Shown here piece by piece: positions 27,594 through 41,260 of a DNA stretch of 64,000 bases. The notes under the pieces are model-generated. The model worked only from the letters and a program-made list of their open reading frames with translations, had not been told where the DNA came from and ran no database searches. Within the stretch, counting starts at the first letter, position 1. Each line of letters opens with the position of its first letter. This stretch comes from Octopus sinensis (lineage: Eukaryota): positions 37,634,001-37,698,000 of the forward strand of contig NC_043008.1 of the NCBI RefSeq assembly GCF_006345805.1. Direction: 5' to 3'. Made by a program: the position numbers and the translations under genes.

Positions 27594-27636
<43 letters not shown>

Positions 27637-27796
27637 TATACATATATATATGTATGTATGTATGTATATGTATTTATATGTATAAGCATAAGTATACAGA
27701 TGCATATACATGTACATATGTAGATAAACATATACGTATGTATACACACACATATAGATATATAGACGTATATCTATCTATGTATATATATATATG

Positions 27797-27901
<105 letters not shown>

Positions 27902-28720
27902 ATATATAAATATATATATATGTATGTATATATATATAGCCAAATGATGAATGAAAGACATCTATATATTTATATATAGCTATTTCTACATCTATACCTG
28001 TTGACATGTATTTATATATGTATATGTATGCACACACAAAAACATACACACACACACACACACACTCTCTCTCTCTTATATGGATAAATATGTAAACATG
28101 TAATTATGCCTATCTCTGCGTATGAGAGAGATTATTGGAAATATATAATTGAAATTCATTTAATAATTTTTCCCGAGTCTTTCAGAAAAATAAAGTAATT
28201 TTCGCTGTTTTGTATAGGTTTCAATTATAAACCTGATAAATATTTCCAATAAATGTCTTTATTCATGCACAAACCAATCATATTTAAATCATTTACGAAT
28301 ATATTAAGTGGAGCAAGACATTCCTCATATTCTTTGTGTGAAAAGACATCTTAATATGCATAATAATAATAATATAATAATAATAATAATAATAATATAA
28401 TAATAATAATAACGGCAACAAAAATAGAAACAACAATAGTAATAATAATGTTTTCTAAATGGATGGTGGTAACAACAACATTTTCTTTATTGGCCACAAG
28501 GGTTCAAAGAGATACAAAAAGGAATATGAAACTTTTACTATGTGTTACAAAAGGAAGAAAAGATAATTTGTCGTGTGAAAAAGAAACATTTACAAATTAC
28601 CAAAGATGGGGTTAAGAGATGTCAAACAGTAAATGGAAGGACGTAGTAAGAATTTTAAAAGTGTACACACACATATATACACCAACAGGTTTGGAATTAT
28701 ACATGTATATATAAGTATGT

Positions 28721-28962
28721 GGAGGCGTGTGGCTTAGTGGTTAGGGTGTCAGCACCATGATCGTAAGATTGTGGTTTCGATTCCTGGACGGGGCGACGCG
28801 TTGTGTTCTTGAGCATAACACTTCATTTCACATTGCTCCAGTCACTCAGCCGGCAAAAATGAGTAATGCTGCAATGGACTGGCGTCCCATCCAGCTGGGG
28901 GACACATACGCCATTGAAACTGGGAAACCGGGCCCATGAGCCTGGCTAGGCTTTAAAAGGGC
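28721..28962 (+). mobile_element. tRNA-derived SINE (family D)
   Basis: GGAGGCGTGTGGCTTAGTGGTTAGGG...GGTTTCGATTCC head; related heads at about 2255 and 54990. Confidence 0.8.
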
Positions 28963-29670
28963 ACAAGAATATATAAGTACACACACACACACACACACAC
29001 ATACACACACACACATATATATTGCACACATGCACACATATATGCATGCATATACATTTATAAATATATGGATAGATGCAAATATAGGCACAGGCATGGC
29101 TGTGTGGTAAGAAGCTTGCTTCCCAACTGCATGGCCTTGGATTCAGTCCCACTGTGTGGAACCTTGGGCAAGTGTCTTCTCGATCTGATGAAAGCCTTGT
29201 GCATAGATTTGGTAGATGAAAACTGAAAGAAACCCATTTTGTGTGTGTGTGTTGTGCCTGTGTTTGTTTCCCACCACAGCTTGACGACTGGTGTTGGTGT
29301 GTTTACATCCCTGTAACTTAGCAGTTTGACCAAAAAGATCGACAGAATACGTACTGGGCTTCAAAAAGAAAAGAAGAAATTATTCAAAATTACTAAAATT
29401 ACTAATGACTAAAATAAGGAAAAGGAAAAAGGTAAAAGATATACTCTTTACTCTTTTTACTCTTTTACTTGTTTCAGTCATTTGACTGTGGCCATGCTGG
29501 AGCACCGCCTTTAGTTGAGCAAATCGACCCCAGGACTTATTCTCTGTAAACCTAGTTCTTATTCTATCGGTCTCTTTTGCTGAATCGCTAAGTTACAGGG
29601 ACGTAAACACACCAGCATCGGTTATCAAGCGATGTTAGGGGGACAAACACAGACACAAACATATATACAC

Positions 29671-29726
<56 letters not shown>

Positions 29727-30504
29727 GCATATATACGACAGGCTTCTTTCAGTTTCTGTCTACCAAATCCACTCACAAGGCTTTGGCTGGCTCAAGGCTA
29801 TAGTAGAAGACACTTGCCCAAGGTGCCATGCAGTGGGACTGAACCCGGAACCATGTGGTTGGTAAGCAAGCTACTTACTTACCACACAGCCACTCCATGC
29901 AGAGAAGCAAATGTACAAGTGAAATGAGATATAATTTGAAGAAATGAGACATGAAAGGTTTCCTGGTGAGGTTGAGTAGTGTTGTAGTGTCTTTCATGCT
30001 TGTTTTTCTTTGATCCCTTCTCAAACTGCATTTGTGTGTAATTAAAATGAACCTGTAACAGTTTTGATGGGTGGTATTTGATGTTGAAAAGCACCAACAT
30101 TTTGAGGATATTCTTTTTCAAATTCAAAATAACATCCTTATTTTAATTCTATAAGCAATCTATATTTTGCATGTTGTTTATATTCAACAATTCCTAACAA
30201 TTCCTCTCATCTAAAATTCTTCAGAAAGTCTATGCCTCCATAGATGCATAATTTTGTCCATTAAATATTTGTGTGACTTTCGAGGAATGTTGACCCCCTT
30301 TTTTCATAATCTTCTACATTTTCTTCATTATCTTCCTTAGGAGGGATTTAGTTGTTCAGAAAAACTTGTTCTTCCTTACCTGTTTTTGTTTTTTGTCATG
30401 TTTTACTTCCCATACACATATATGTTTATACAAGTAGGCACATAATATATACAGATAGGCATAAATATAATATATAAATAAAAACAATTTAATATATAAT
30501 AATG

Positions 30505-30559
<55 letters not shown>

Positions 30560-30574
30560 TGTGCACCACATATG

Positions 30575-30850
30575 CTATATAGTTGATGTTACATGCCCCT
30601 TTGATGCATGAATACTCAAGAAGGAGGGCAAAAATATATATAAGTACAACCCCTTTAAGTACGAAATAACTTGGCTATGGAAAATGAAGAAGGTGAGGAT
30701 AGTGCCAATTATTGTTGGGTCCTTGGGAATAGCATCAGAAGGCGTCAAGTGGAATATAAAGGAAATTTGTATAGAGTGCCCAGTGGAACTGTTATCAAAG
30801 GTTTTATTGCTTGAAATGACCAGAATGAATAGCAAAGTATCAAATAGCTG
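30575..30850 (+). mobile_element. R4/Dong-like LINE, restriction-like endonuclease C-terminal fragment
   Basis: Translates IVDVTCPFD...KY..LW.M..V.IVPIIVGSLG; directly follows a (TAA)n tract. Confidence 0.75.
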
Positions 30851-30946
30851 AAAAGAACGAATATCATAGTACTGTAGGCTGCAGATAGTAAGCTTGCTAT
30901 GAGCAGAAGACTTCAGGAGCACCAAGAAAAGCTGTGATAAAGAGAA

Positions 30947-31011
<65 letters not shown>

Positions 31012-31059
31012 TAATAATAATGATGATAATAATAACAATAATAATAATAAAATAACAAA

Positions 31060-31335
31060 ACTGGAAATGGAGGCTCTAATCTGTGCTGCCCAAGAGCAAG
31101 CACTAAGAACAAACTACATAAGATACAGATTAGACAAAACAGCAGAATGTGATAAGTGCAGAATCTGTAGACAAAACAGTGAAACCGTATGGCATATTTC
31201 CAGCCAATGTACTCCACTAGCCCAGAAAGAATATAAAAGATGCCACGTCAATATAGCCAGGCTTGTCCATTGGACACTCTGTCACAAGTATGGACTTGAC
31301 AGAGGAAAAAATTGGTACAACCACAAACCTGAAGG
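31060..31335 (+). mobile_element. R4/Dong-like LINE, CCHC knuckle fragment
   Basis: EALICAAQEQALRTNY...KCRICRQNSETVWHISSQC...HKPEG; preceded by (TAA)n. Confidence 0.85.
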
Positions 31336-31431
31336 TATCGTGCTCGAAAAATAAGAGGTGTTACTTTAGTTCACTGGTAGTGAACAGCTGACACTGTAGT
31401 ACATCTCCAGTATTAGAAGCTGTGCAAAGGC

Positions 31432-31501
<70 letters not shown>

Positions 31502-32020
31502 GGATCATTGTTACTGTGTTACTATTGTTTAACCCTCGGTCAGCTCTGATGAATCTGATCTACTATCAGTCACAATGATATTTCCAGACATAGCACATGA
31601 AAGACAACACTATTCAATAATTCCTGCATTTATTTTAAAGATTCTAAAGTACGATCTGAGAGATCTGGCTGTTATTTCTAGCAAACTAAGAGAACTAATT
31701 AAAGGCCTGCCTGTTTGACACAATTATTAGTGTCTATTTTGGATGTGAAAAATAAAAACAAATTTATGTAGACAAGCTACAAGAAAATTTGGACCATTTT
31801 AAGTATTAAATTTATTTATTCAAGTGATTATTTTCTCTAGTTGACTGAATATATGTCTTGGCATTATTTTTATTGCTTCATACCTTGTACTTAGAAATAA
31901 AGAACACAGAATTAGTATACTTTTATTGGTAACCAATATAATTTTATCATGCTGTTTATTTAACTATTATCTATCTATATCTTTTTACTTACCTACATAT
32001 CTATCTGTCTGTCTATCTAC

Positions 32021-32108
<88 letters not shown>

Positions 32109-32705
32109 GAATACACATATACATACATTTAGATATACATGCACATTCACACACACTTTTATAAACAAGTGTGTGTTTGTGTGTATATACAAACACACAC
32201 ATACATATATATACATATGTATATGTGTGCATGTGTTTGTTTGTGTTTATATATATATATATATATATACATATATACACACATACAGCCCCTTGTGGGT
32301 AGTAAAGAAATATATATGTATATACATACATTCATACATACTTACATATATACATATCTACATACCAGCGGATGGAGTATTGGACAGATTGCTTCCAAGT
32401 ATTTATTCTGGCACACTGAGTTCAAATCTTGTTGAAGTCAACTTTGTCTTTCACCATTTCAGGGTTGATTGTATTACTCAGAGTAATTATTTTCTCTCTT
32501 TCACTCTCTCCTTTCTTACTCTATCAAAGAAATTGATTATGCTCAGGCCTAGAAAAAGATAGGTCCAACCAGGTATAAAATGCTTAAGACACATGTCCCA
32601 AAGGCACACCTGTAACATCAGGAGGTGATAGAATAAGGAATTATATGTACAGTATATACGTGTGTGTGTGTGTCTGTGTGTGTGTCTGTGTGTATATATA
32701 CATAC

Positions 32706-32742
<37 letters not shown>

Positions 32743-32959
32743 AAACAGAAAATGGAAAAATATAGATCAACAGCAATTAACTTACTTCAATAATTATGTT
32801 TTAATTCAATACAAATAGACTGCATCCCACCTAACAGCTGTTTCTGCTTCCAATGTTATATAGTATTACCACTGATATGCTAAAAAATAATATTCATCAT
32901 ATTTGGTAATAAAACAGATCTGAAACATGGAGCATTTGATAAAAGAGAACACAAGACTC

Positions 32960-33790
32960 AAAGAGATTCCAAGGGCAATCCAAAGTTTCTTGCTGGCCTC
33001 AAACGATTGAAACCAACCCATACGTATCCATGACAATTCTTGCAAAGGAATGCAATGTGTCCCTTTCCATGGTGTCCAGAGCTTTAAACAAGAACTTTGT
33101 CATGAGTAGCTATGTTCCTAACTGGCAAAGCCAAAGCAATCAGAGCCAAGAGATTCCCAAAGCTTCTGTCATTCATCAAGCATCAAGGTGCAGGAAAAAC
33201 TTTCATGTCTGTGGACAAGAAGGAGCTCGCTGTGGATGCTGAGGTGAATTGCAAAAATTCTCAAGGGATTGCACACAACCCTTCTGATGTCCCCACTGTG
33301 TCTGAGACGAAGAATCCTGCCTCTGTGATGGTATTTAGAGCCATGACAAAAGATGGAAGTCTCATGGATCCACACTTCCTTGAGTCTGGCTTGAAGACTG
33401 GCACAAAGGAGTGTCTGGACATCCTGAAAAACTCTCTGTTACCTTGGATGGAGCAGAAGTTTGGGCTTGATGGTGTGGTGCTTATCCAGGATCTGCACCA
33501 TGCCGTGGGTCAAAAGCAGCACAGGCCTTCCTCAGTGAGAAGGTGCCATTTTTCTGTGAGATCCAACATCTGGCCCAGTAATAGCCCAAATCTCAACCCT
33601 CTCGATTACTTTTTATGGGGCATAATTCAAACAAGGACCAATGCTTCACCACACTCGAGTGTCAATAATTTGAAAACCTGCATTGTGCATGGGATGTGTA
33701 AAATCAAAAAAGGTGGAGGTTGTGGTAGCTGCAAAAAAATTTCATTTTCATTTGGAAGCAGTAATTGCCCAAAAGGGCGGCCATGTTGAG
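32960..33790 (+). mobile_element. maT/DD37D-type transposase pseudogene
   Basis: TKNPASVMVF, LIQD, IWPSNSPNLNPLDYFLWG; frameshifted. Confidence 0.85.
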
Positions 33791-33915
33791 TGATAAATGT
33801 TTTTGTTGTAATAAATGGTACATTAAAATTATATCTGCCTCCTACCATTATTTTAGTATTTATTATCAGTTTTATGCATCATAAAAATTGTCTCAATCTA
33901 TCTGCAAGATCCTGT

Positions 33916-33991
<76 letters not shown>

Positions 33992-34789
33992 TTATATATA
34001 TATATATATATTATATATATATATACACACACACATATATATATATGTATATATATATATGTATATATGTATATATATATTCATATATATATATACATGT
34101 ATATATAACAAATACCAGCATCATTTACCATTGTTTATGGCTTGTCCTAATTCTATCATGTTGCTGAAAAGCCTTCTACATATATCGTTAATTATTTGTT
34201 TATGTTTTTTATTACCACCCTTGCCTTCTTGTTTTCTATGTTCTTGTGTCATTCTCTATTTTACACCAATTTACTTATCCCAGCAGTGTTTTGCTACTGA
34301 TACCACCAAAATTAACAATCTTATTGACAATGGCAATAAATTAGGAGGGTTTTTATTCAATAAATGAAAAGGGATGACTGTATCTACATCTTTTCTATAT
34401 TTTTACCAGTTTTCCATGTATCCCTTTATCGTTTTTCCATGTAGCTTTTTACTCTGTGTCTGTCTGTCTGTCTGTCTCTGTCTCTTTCTCTTTCTCTCCC
34501 TCTCTCTATCTATCTCTTTCTTTCTCTCTCTCTCTCTCTCTCTCTCTACTCACACACACACTGATATATATTTACTCAGAGTAAAAGGGGCATTTGAGGA
34601 CACATAGTTGTTAGTATATTTCTCTCTTCAAATCGATTGAAAAGTAAAAAATTTTTTCTTCCCTATGGCTGATGAAATGCTAACACAAGCAAGGAAAAAC
34701 ATACAGTCAATATTGCCATATATGCAGAACACAATGATTTAGAAATTTAGAAATTGCATACTTTCTAAATATTGCACAAACTTTTCTAC

Positions 34790-36830
34790 ACAAAATTCAG
34801 AGGAAATTGGAAGCCTCCGGTAGGAACATTTCAATTTTATCAAAGACAGAAAAAGCATTCTAAACCTTCAGACACTATAAGGACATGACAGTTCATCCAA
34901 TGTGCTTCAAACGTTATTGATGATGATCCCACAAAAACCAATGTGGGCGGTTGTCAAAGAACTTCATGTGTTGGAGTTCGTTACCAGAAAAGTCATGCAT
35001 GAGGATATCTGATACAAGCCAAATACACTGATGAGAGGACGGTTCATGACTGCAAACTCACTGGAGAACAGCTTGATCTGTGCTAAGTGTCTGCTTAATA
35101 TGGTTGAAATCCTTTGTAAACATGTCGTTTTAGTTTTCCTCAGATGAGAAATTCTTCTAGCAGGACGAAAAGTCTAACAGAAGAAATGACAGATGTTTAA
35201 GTGCACGTGGCTGTGTGGTAAGTAGCTTGCTTACCTACCACACAGTTCTGGATTCAGTCCCACTGTGTGGCACCTTGGGCAAGTGTCTTCTACTATAGCC
35301 TCGGGCCGACTAAAGACTTGTGAGTGGATTTGGTAGACGGAAACTGAAAGAAGCCCGTCGTATATATGTATATATATGTTTATGTGCGTGTATGTTTGTG
35401 TGTCTGTGTCCCCGACATCGCTTGACAACCTATGCTGGTGTGTTTACATCCCCGTTACTTAGCGGTTCGGCAAAAGAGACCGATAGGATAAGTACTAGGC
35501 TTACAAAGAATAAGTCCTGGGGTCGATTTGCTCGATTAAAAGGCGGTGCTCCAGCATGGCCGCAGTCAAATGACTGAAACAAGTAAAAGAGTAAAGAGTA
35601 TATCCACAGAAGAATGCAAAGAGTGGCACATAGGTGCAGGAGTGGCTGTGTGGGGAAGGAGCTTTAATTTTAACGATTATAAGGGTGTCTATGGGGTGTC
35701 TATTTACTTCTGTCATGTCATGTGTATTCTGTTATGTGTATGTATATGTGAAGGCTAACTCACTTCACTTTGCTCCAGTCCACTCAGTTGGCAAAAAAAA
35801 AAATGAGTTGTATCAGTAATTAAAAGGCTCACATTTGTCACACTCTGAGTCCCACTGAATTTCCCCGAGAACTACGTTAAGGGTACGCGTGTCTGTGGAA
35901 TGCTCAGCCACTTGCATGTTAATTTCACAAAAAGGCTGTTATTGTTGATCAGATTAATAAAAAATCCTAGTTGTCATAACCGACAAAGTGCCAGTTAAAA
36001 GTTATATATATAAAAGTTATATATAGGTGCAGGAGTCGCTTTGTGGTAAGTAGCTTGCTTACAAACCACATGGTTCTGGGTTCGGTCCCACTGCGTGGCA
36101 CCTTGGGCAAGTGTCTTCTAATGTAGCCTTGGGCCGACCAAAGCCTTGTGAGTGGATTTGGTAGACAGAAATTGAAAGAAGCCCATTGTATATGTGTGTG
36201 TGTGTATGTATGTGTGTGTGTGTGTGTGTTTGTGTGTGTGCTTGTGTTTGTCCCCCCAACATCACTTGACAACCAATGCTGGTGTGTTTACATCCCTGTG
36301 ACTTAGCAGTTCAGCAAAAGACACTGATAGAATAAGTACTACGCTTACGAAGAATAAGTCCTAGAGTTGATTTGCTCAACTAAAGGTGGTGCTCCAGCAT
36401 GGCCACAGTCAAATGACTGAAGAATAGGTTTGTAGCAACTGTAATGGCTTTAGGAATGATGAGTAAAGAAGGTCACGTAATGCCTCCTCATAACTCCTCT
36501 TTCCACAGGATCTTAAAATTAATGCAACTGAACATGGTGAAGTGTGGGAGACACTTGTTAAACCCTGTACGAATGAAGAATGCAGAAGAGAGCCAGATAT
36601 GCTTCAACAAGATTCAACACCTCCTTGCAAAATCCACTTAACTCAAGAACAGAAGGCAATCTTTAGAATCATGTAACACCAAATTCCTTGATTCCAACCT
36701 TGCCAGATTTAAATCCAATGGACTATTATGTTTGAAGAATTGTTGAAAAGAAGACAAATGGACATTAAGCGTCTTTTAGTCCAGTCATGTCAGCAATTCT
36801 GAATTGAAGTAGTCAGCGAAATCTGAAGTC
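34790..36830 (+). mobile_element. Second maT/DD37D transposase remnant, split by about 1.2 kb of SINEs
   Basis: N-terminal half (..HEDI.YK..., F.SDEK) at 34790-35190; C-terminal half (ATVMALGMMSKEGHVMPP, QQDS, PDLNPMDYY) at 36440-36830. Confidence 0.8.
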
Positions 36831-37184
36831 AAATTCATAGAATAACATTATAAGAAAGCTGATGGTGAATGTGTGCACAAATCTTGATTGGATTTTTACT
36901 ATATTAGAGTTAATTCCTTCAATTAGCAGATATATTCTCAAACACTTCTCACATCCTGTGTGTATGTACATAATTCGAGCCAACAGAAATAGGTGACTCA
37001 ATAAAATATCTGACGTTAAAATTACCTGTAGACATAAATATCTTTCAACGTGGTTTTGTCAGTGAACAGGTCGCAGTCTCAAAGCATCAAAAATATTTTG
37101 ACAAATGAAATTTAAATGTTGAAGTGAATCTAATGGTTTTTGTGTGTTTCTTAATGGCTTATAAACACCTTCCATGCTGCAATT

Positions 37185-37226
<42 letters not shown>

Positions 37227-37228
37227 TA

Positions 37229-37264
<36 letters not shown>

Positions 37265-37392
37265 TGTATGTATGTATATATATATAAGTATAGATATATA
37301 TTTACATGTATATATAAAAATATATTCACATGTGTGTATATACATATGCACATATGCACATTCGATATATTATACAAAATTCAAATTTTATA

Positions 37393-37480
37393 TCTCTGAA
37401 GAGCAGAAGTGTTGTCTATAAATGCTTATCAATATAGGATTCTATTATAGGGACAGCATTTCTGTGAAACAATCATAAAA
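37393..37480 (+). ncRNA. Type I hammerhead motif, decayed
   Basis: TCT CTGAAGA GCAGAAG...TTTCTGT GAAAC AATC ATA; 7-bp stem II. Confidence 0.5.
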
Positions 37481-37918
37481 TGCTTTAAAAACTTAATTCA
37501 AAACTTTTAAATTTTCATACACATTATATATATATACTTATACATATTTACATATATTTTTATATATTTATATATTTTTAATACAAAAATGTTTTTACAC
37601 ACGTATATATCTTTCTGAAGAATTTTCTAATATTGATTTCCTGATATTAATAATAATATATTATAAAATATATGTGCACATACGCATGTATGTATATATG
37701 TATACAAGGAAAACAAAAAACACAAATATTGAAGATGGCACACTATAAAGATAAAATGACAGAATGAAAGCAGAATGGGACTGACGTAACATAGACAGGC
37801 ACTGGTGTAGCATTAATAAAGATTCACAGGGGAGAGGAAAGAGAGAGAGAGAGAGAAATAATCTATAGAAAGGATCCATGTTGCTATCTTGGCTTATTGG
37901 TTGCTTTTAACTACATAC

Positions 37919-38108
37919 TGTTTCCCATTCCAATATAATATTGAGTCATTATTTTATTGATTCTCAAAAGGCGGAGGAAGTCAACCTTCATTGTATCGAG
38001 CCCCGGTTTGAAAAATGAGGCCCCCAAACCAAGGTATACTAAGTCATTTAGTTCAGTACCATCTTTGCTTCCTTCAAATAAATCATTACAAAACCCATTC
38101 ATTTATAT
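37919..38108 (-). CDS. Coding exon (I*MNGFCNDLFEGSKDGTELNDLVYLGLGASFFKPGLDTMKVDFLRLLRINKIMTQYYIGMGN) with in-frame TAA as second codon
   Basis: Strong acceptor ctttctgtctttacccttag|, strong donor AACA|gtatgt; 61 open codons from the ATG at 38102 in AT-rich DNA; the other two frames stop within 8 codons. Confidence 0.7.
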
Positions 38109-38519
38109 CTAAGGGTAAAGACAGAAAGTAATAAAGACATATTCGTTAATTATTTTATTGCCAGTAACATAATCTGTAATGAATCTGAGGAGAATTTGAA
38201 TTTTGAGATAAACTTGTTGGTGTTCATGTTATCTCATTTGCCTGATATTTTGCCCCTAAGTATGTTTTCACTGACATAGTAGATTATATCACCTGTGGTG
38301 TAATTTATAATTAATCTGAAATATTATTAGGTAATTTATTTCTTGAACCCAATTAACCAATGAAATTTTAAAGACTATATATGACACAACAAGAGTAATT
38401 ATAGTTATCTCACTTCATAATTTTGTTTTCCTTGGATCATTGGAGGAGTTTACTCCGCTATTTCATAAGACATTTGTATTTATTCAAGTTTGTCATAAAT
38501 GAGATTTAGCTTGATAATA

Positions 38520-38552
<33 letters not shown>

Positions 38553-38669
38553 TCTCTCTCTCTTTCCCACTTCCTCCTCTATACGTGTCATGCTTACAAG
38601 CTTCAGTGATCATGAACCTTGCAATCCCTAGCCAAAAGATTTATAGCCTTTTCTTGCAAAACGTACAGC

Positions 38670-38915
38670 AACTAGTTTTCCATCGTTTTTGAGAATAGTT
38701 TTCGACCAAGGTAGATGAATTCAGAAACTTGTTTTACTGGTTGGACATATATTGTAAGGTTGAGGTCCAAATTCAATTTGTCAGTTGTCGTGCATTCTAT
38801 TTTGTGATACATTGCTAGAAAGTTCAGCTCCTGCTGCATGTTTAGCAAGTGGATCAACAAAGGATAGTATGTCATGGCAGGATTCACTTATCGACAGAAA
38901 TATCATCAGCATAAC
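38670..38915 (-). mobile_element. LINE reverse transcriptase fragment
   Basis: YADDIS motif followed by VKQVSEFIYLG. Confidence 0.7.
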
Positions 38916-39234
38916 TGAGTTTGGAGAGGAGGTACCTGCTGACTGAAACTCCATGGACATTTACTCTTTTCTCTTTTACTTGTTTCAGTCATTTCCCTGT
39001 GGCCATGCTGGAGCACTGCCTTTAGTAAAGCAAATCGATCCCTGGACTTATTCTTTGTAAGCCTAGTACTTATTCTATCAGTCTCTTTAGCCAAACCGCT
39101 AAGTTATGGGGATGTAAACACACCAGCATTGGTTGTCAAGCGATGTTGGGGGGATAAACACAGACACACACGTACATATATATATATATGATAATAATAA
39201 TAATATTAATAATAATAATAATAATAATAATAGC

Positions 39235-39288
<54 letters not shown>

Positions 39289-39335
39289 ATATTTAATAAT
39301 AATGATAATAATAATGATGATAATAATAATAATAA

Positions 39336-39421
<86 letters not shown>

Positions 39422-40428
39422 TTAATAATAATAATATGAGGGAATATTATTCCAAATTTAGAAATACTAAATCAAATTTCACAAAATATAATATATGTAA
39501 TTTTTCTAAATGGTATAATTGAACTTTTCATTATTGAATTGATAAAAGGTAGTTTTTTTCTAATTTATATATATATATATATATACATATATATGATGGG
39601 CTTCTTTCAGTTTCTGTCTACCAAATCCACTCACAAGGCTTTGGTTGGCCCTAGGCTATAGTAAAAGACACTTACCCAAGGTATCATGCAGTGGGACTGA
39701 ACCCAGAACCATATGGTAGGTAAGCAAGCTACTTACCACACTGCCACTCCTATAGTTTTAGAAAATATTTCAGAAATTACAATACAGATATGTATATATA
39801 TATGTATAGTGGGGAATTAAGATAAACACTACAGTACTACATGTTCTTTTATTCTTTTAATTGTTTCAGTCATTTGACTGCAGCCATGCTGGAGCACCAC
39901 CTTGAGGGATATTAGTCAAACAAATCAACAGCAGGATATTTTAAAGCCTAGTATTTATTCTAACAGTCTCTTTTACTGAACTGCTAAGTTACAGGGATGT
40001 AAACATACCAACACCAGTTGTCAAGTGATGGTGGTGGAAACATAAAGACTAACATCAGTGGTTCCCAAACATTTTCAGGCTACTGACCCCTTGGTTCTAA
40101 GGCCACATTCCTAGTGCCCCCACCTCACACACCATCATAGACATAGACCATTTTTTGCAGCACATTCAAAATAACAGTATTTCACAAATAAAACTGAACT
40201 TAATTCACCCTTTATTTATTTTTTTACCTCCATTGTCCCATTTTGGTCACCCCATTATCACCTTATTTTCCTTCAATGTCCCCCTAGATCTTTCCTCTGC
40301 CCCCAGACTTACACACATACATAGATTTGTAGTTGGAATTTACAAAAATCAAACAAAACAAAAGATGAAGACAGATGTGTAAGCAATAAACAGATGTATT
40401 AGTTTAACGTTCGGGAAGTGAGAAAGTC

Positions 40429-40460
40429 TTTTATGTTTTGAGCCTATGCTCTTCAACAAA
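40429..40460 (-). ncRNA. Degenerate minimal hammerhead motif downstream of a PLE endonuclease fragment
   Basis: TTGAAGAGCATAGGCTCAAAACATAAAAG, compatible with an ancestral CTGAAGAGCGTAGGCTCGAAACGTAAAAG. Confidence 0.35.
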
Positions 40461-40521
40461 AAGGAACACAGAAATAAACAGAGAGAGAAAATAAAAAGAG
40501 AGAGAAACATACATACATACA

Positions 40522-40557
<36 letters not shown>

Positions 40558-40699
40558 TATATCAACAATAACAATAATAAGGATTATTACAAAATGGTCG
40601 AGCATTACCTTTAATTAATTTTATATATAAATTCAAATTTACTTAGACCTACACATGTTTCAACTGCACCGAGTAATAACTGCTGCAACTGCAACCCTA

Positions 40700-41260
40700 C
40701 TATAACACCTCTGCAGTTTCTTCAGGGCCAAATTTAATATCCTTCAATTTAACTGTTTTAGGTTTATTGTTTATCTACTCTGTCTTCTAGGATGTAGAGT
40801 TGCTTGTTAAGTTAGACGCGAACTATCTACAATTCAAGTTTTGATTGATAATACTTATGGTCTTGTTATTTCAAAACATGCAATTGTTTAAGTGTTTATT
40901 ATTTATTTAAACTGGGCAAATGTGAATTTCTTCACGTGCAAGCATCTCAAAGCTTGCTCCTTTCCAGAATTTATGACATTATCCTTAGATGTGAAAATCT
41001 GGTAAAATTCTTCTAAACATGGGCCACATTTTTTAGTTTCAAGTGTGTATGGTTTTTCAGTACAAATTAATTCTCAATTGCTAGTATAGTTTTTGTTTCT
41101 GTCTTTAATAGACCAGATTACTTTACAAAGTCTCGTTTGGAATCTTTTATTTTTATCTCTAAATGAACACAAATGATTTGCCAGTCTCCACTTGAAGATT
41201 AATGATGCCGCACGTATGTAATAGTCGGTTACCATGATGAATGTTCCACAAATCCGATCA
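40700..41260 (-). mobile_element. Penelope-like GIY-YIG endonuclease 3' fragment
   Basis: YYIR...FKWRLANHLCSFRDKNKRFQTRLCKVIWSIKD, followed by a C..CL motif. Confidence 0.75.

Noticed and set aside
38293-38315. 23-nt minus-strand mini exon (cag|...CAG|gtgata)
   Set aside because: Including it leads to a stop in the next exon in both of its open frames.
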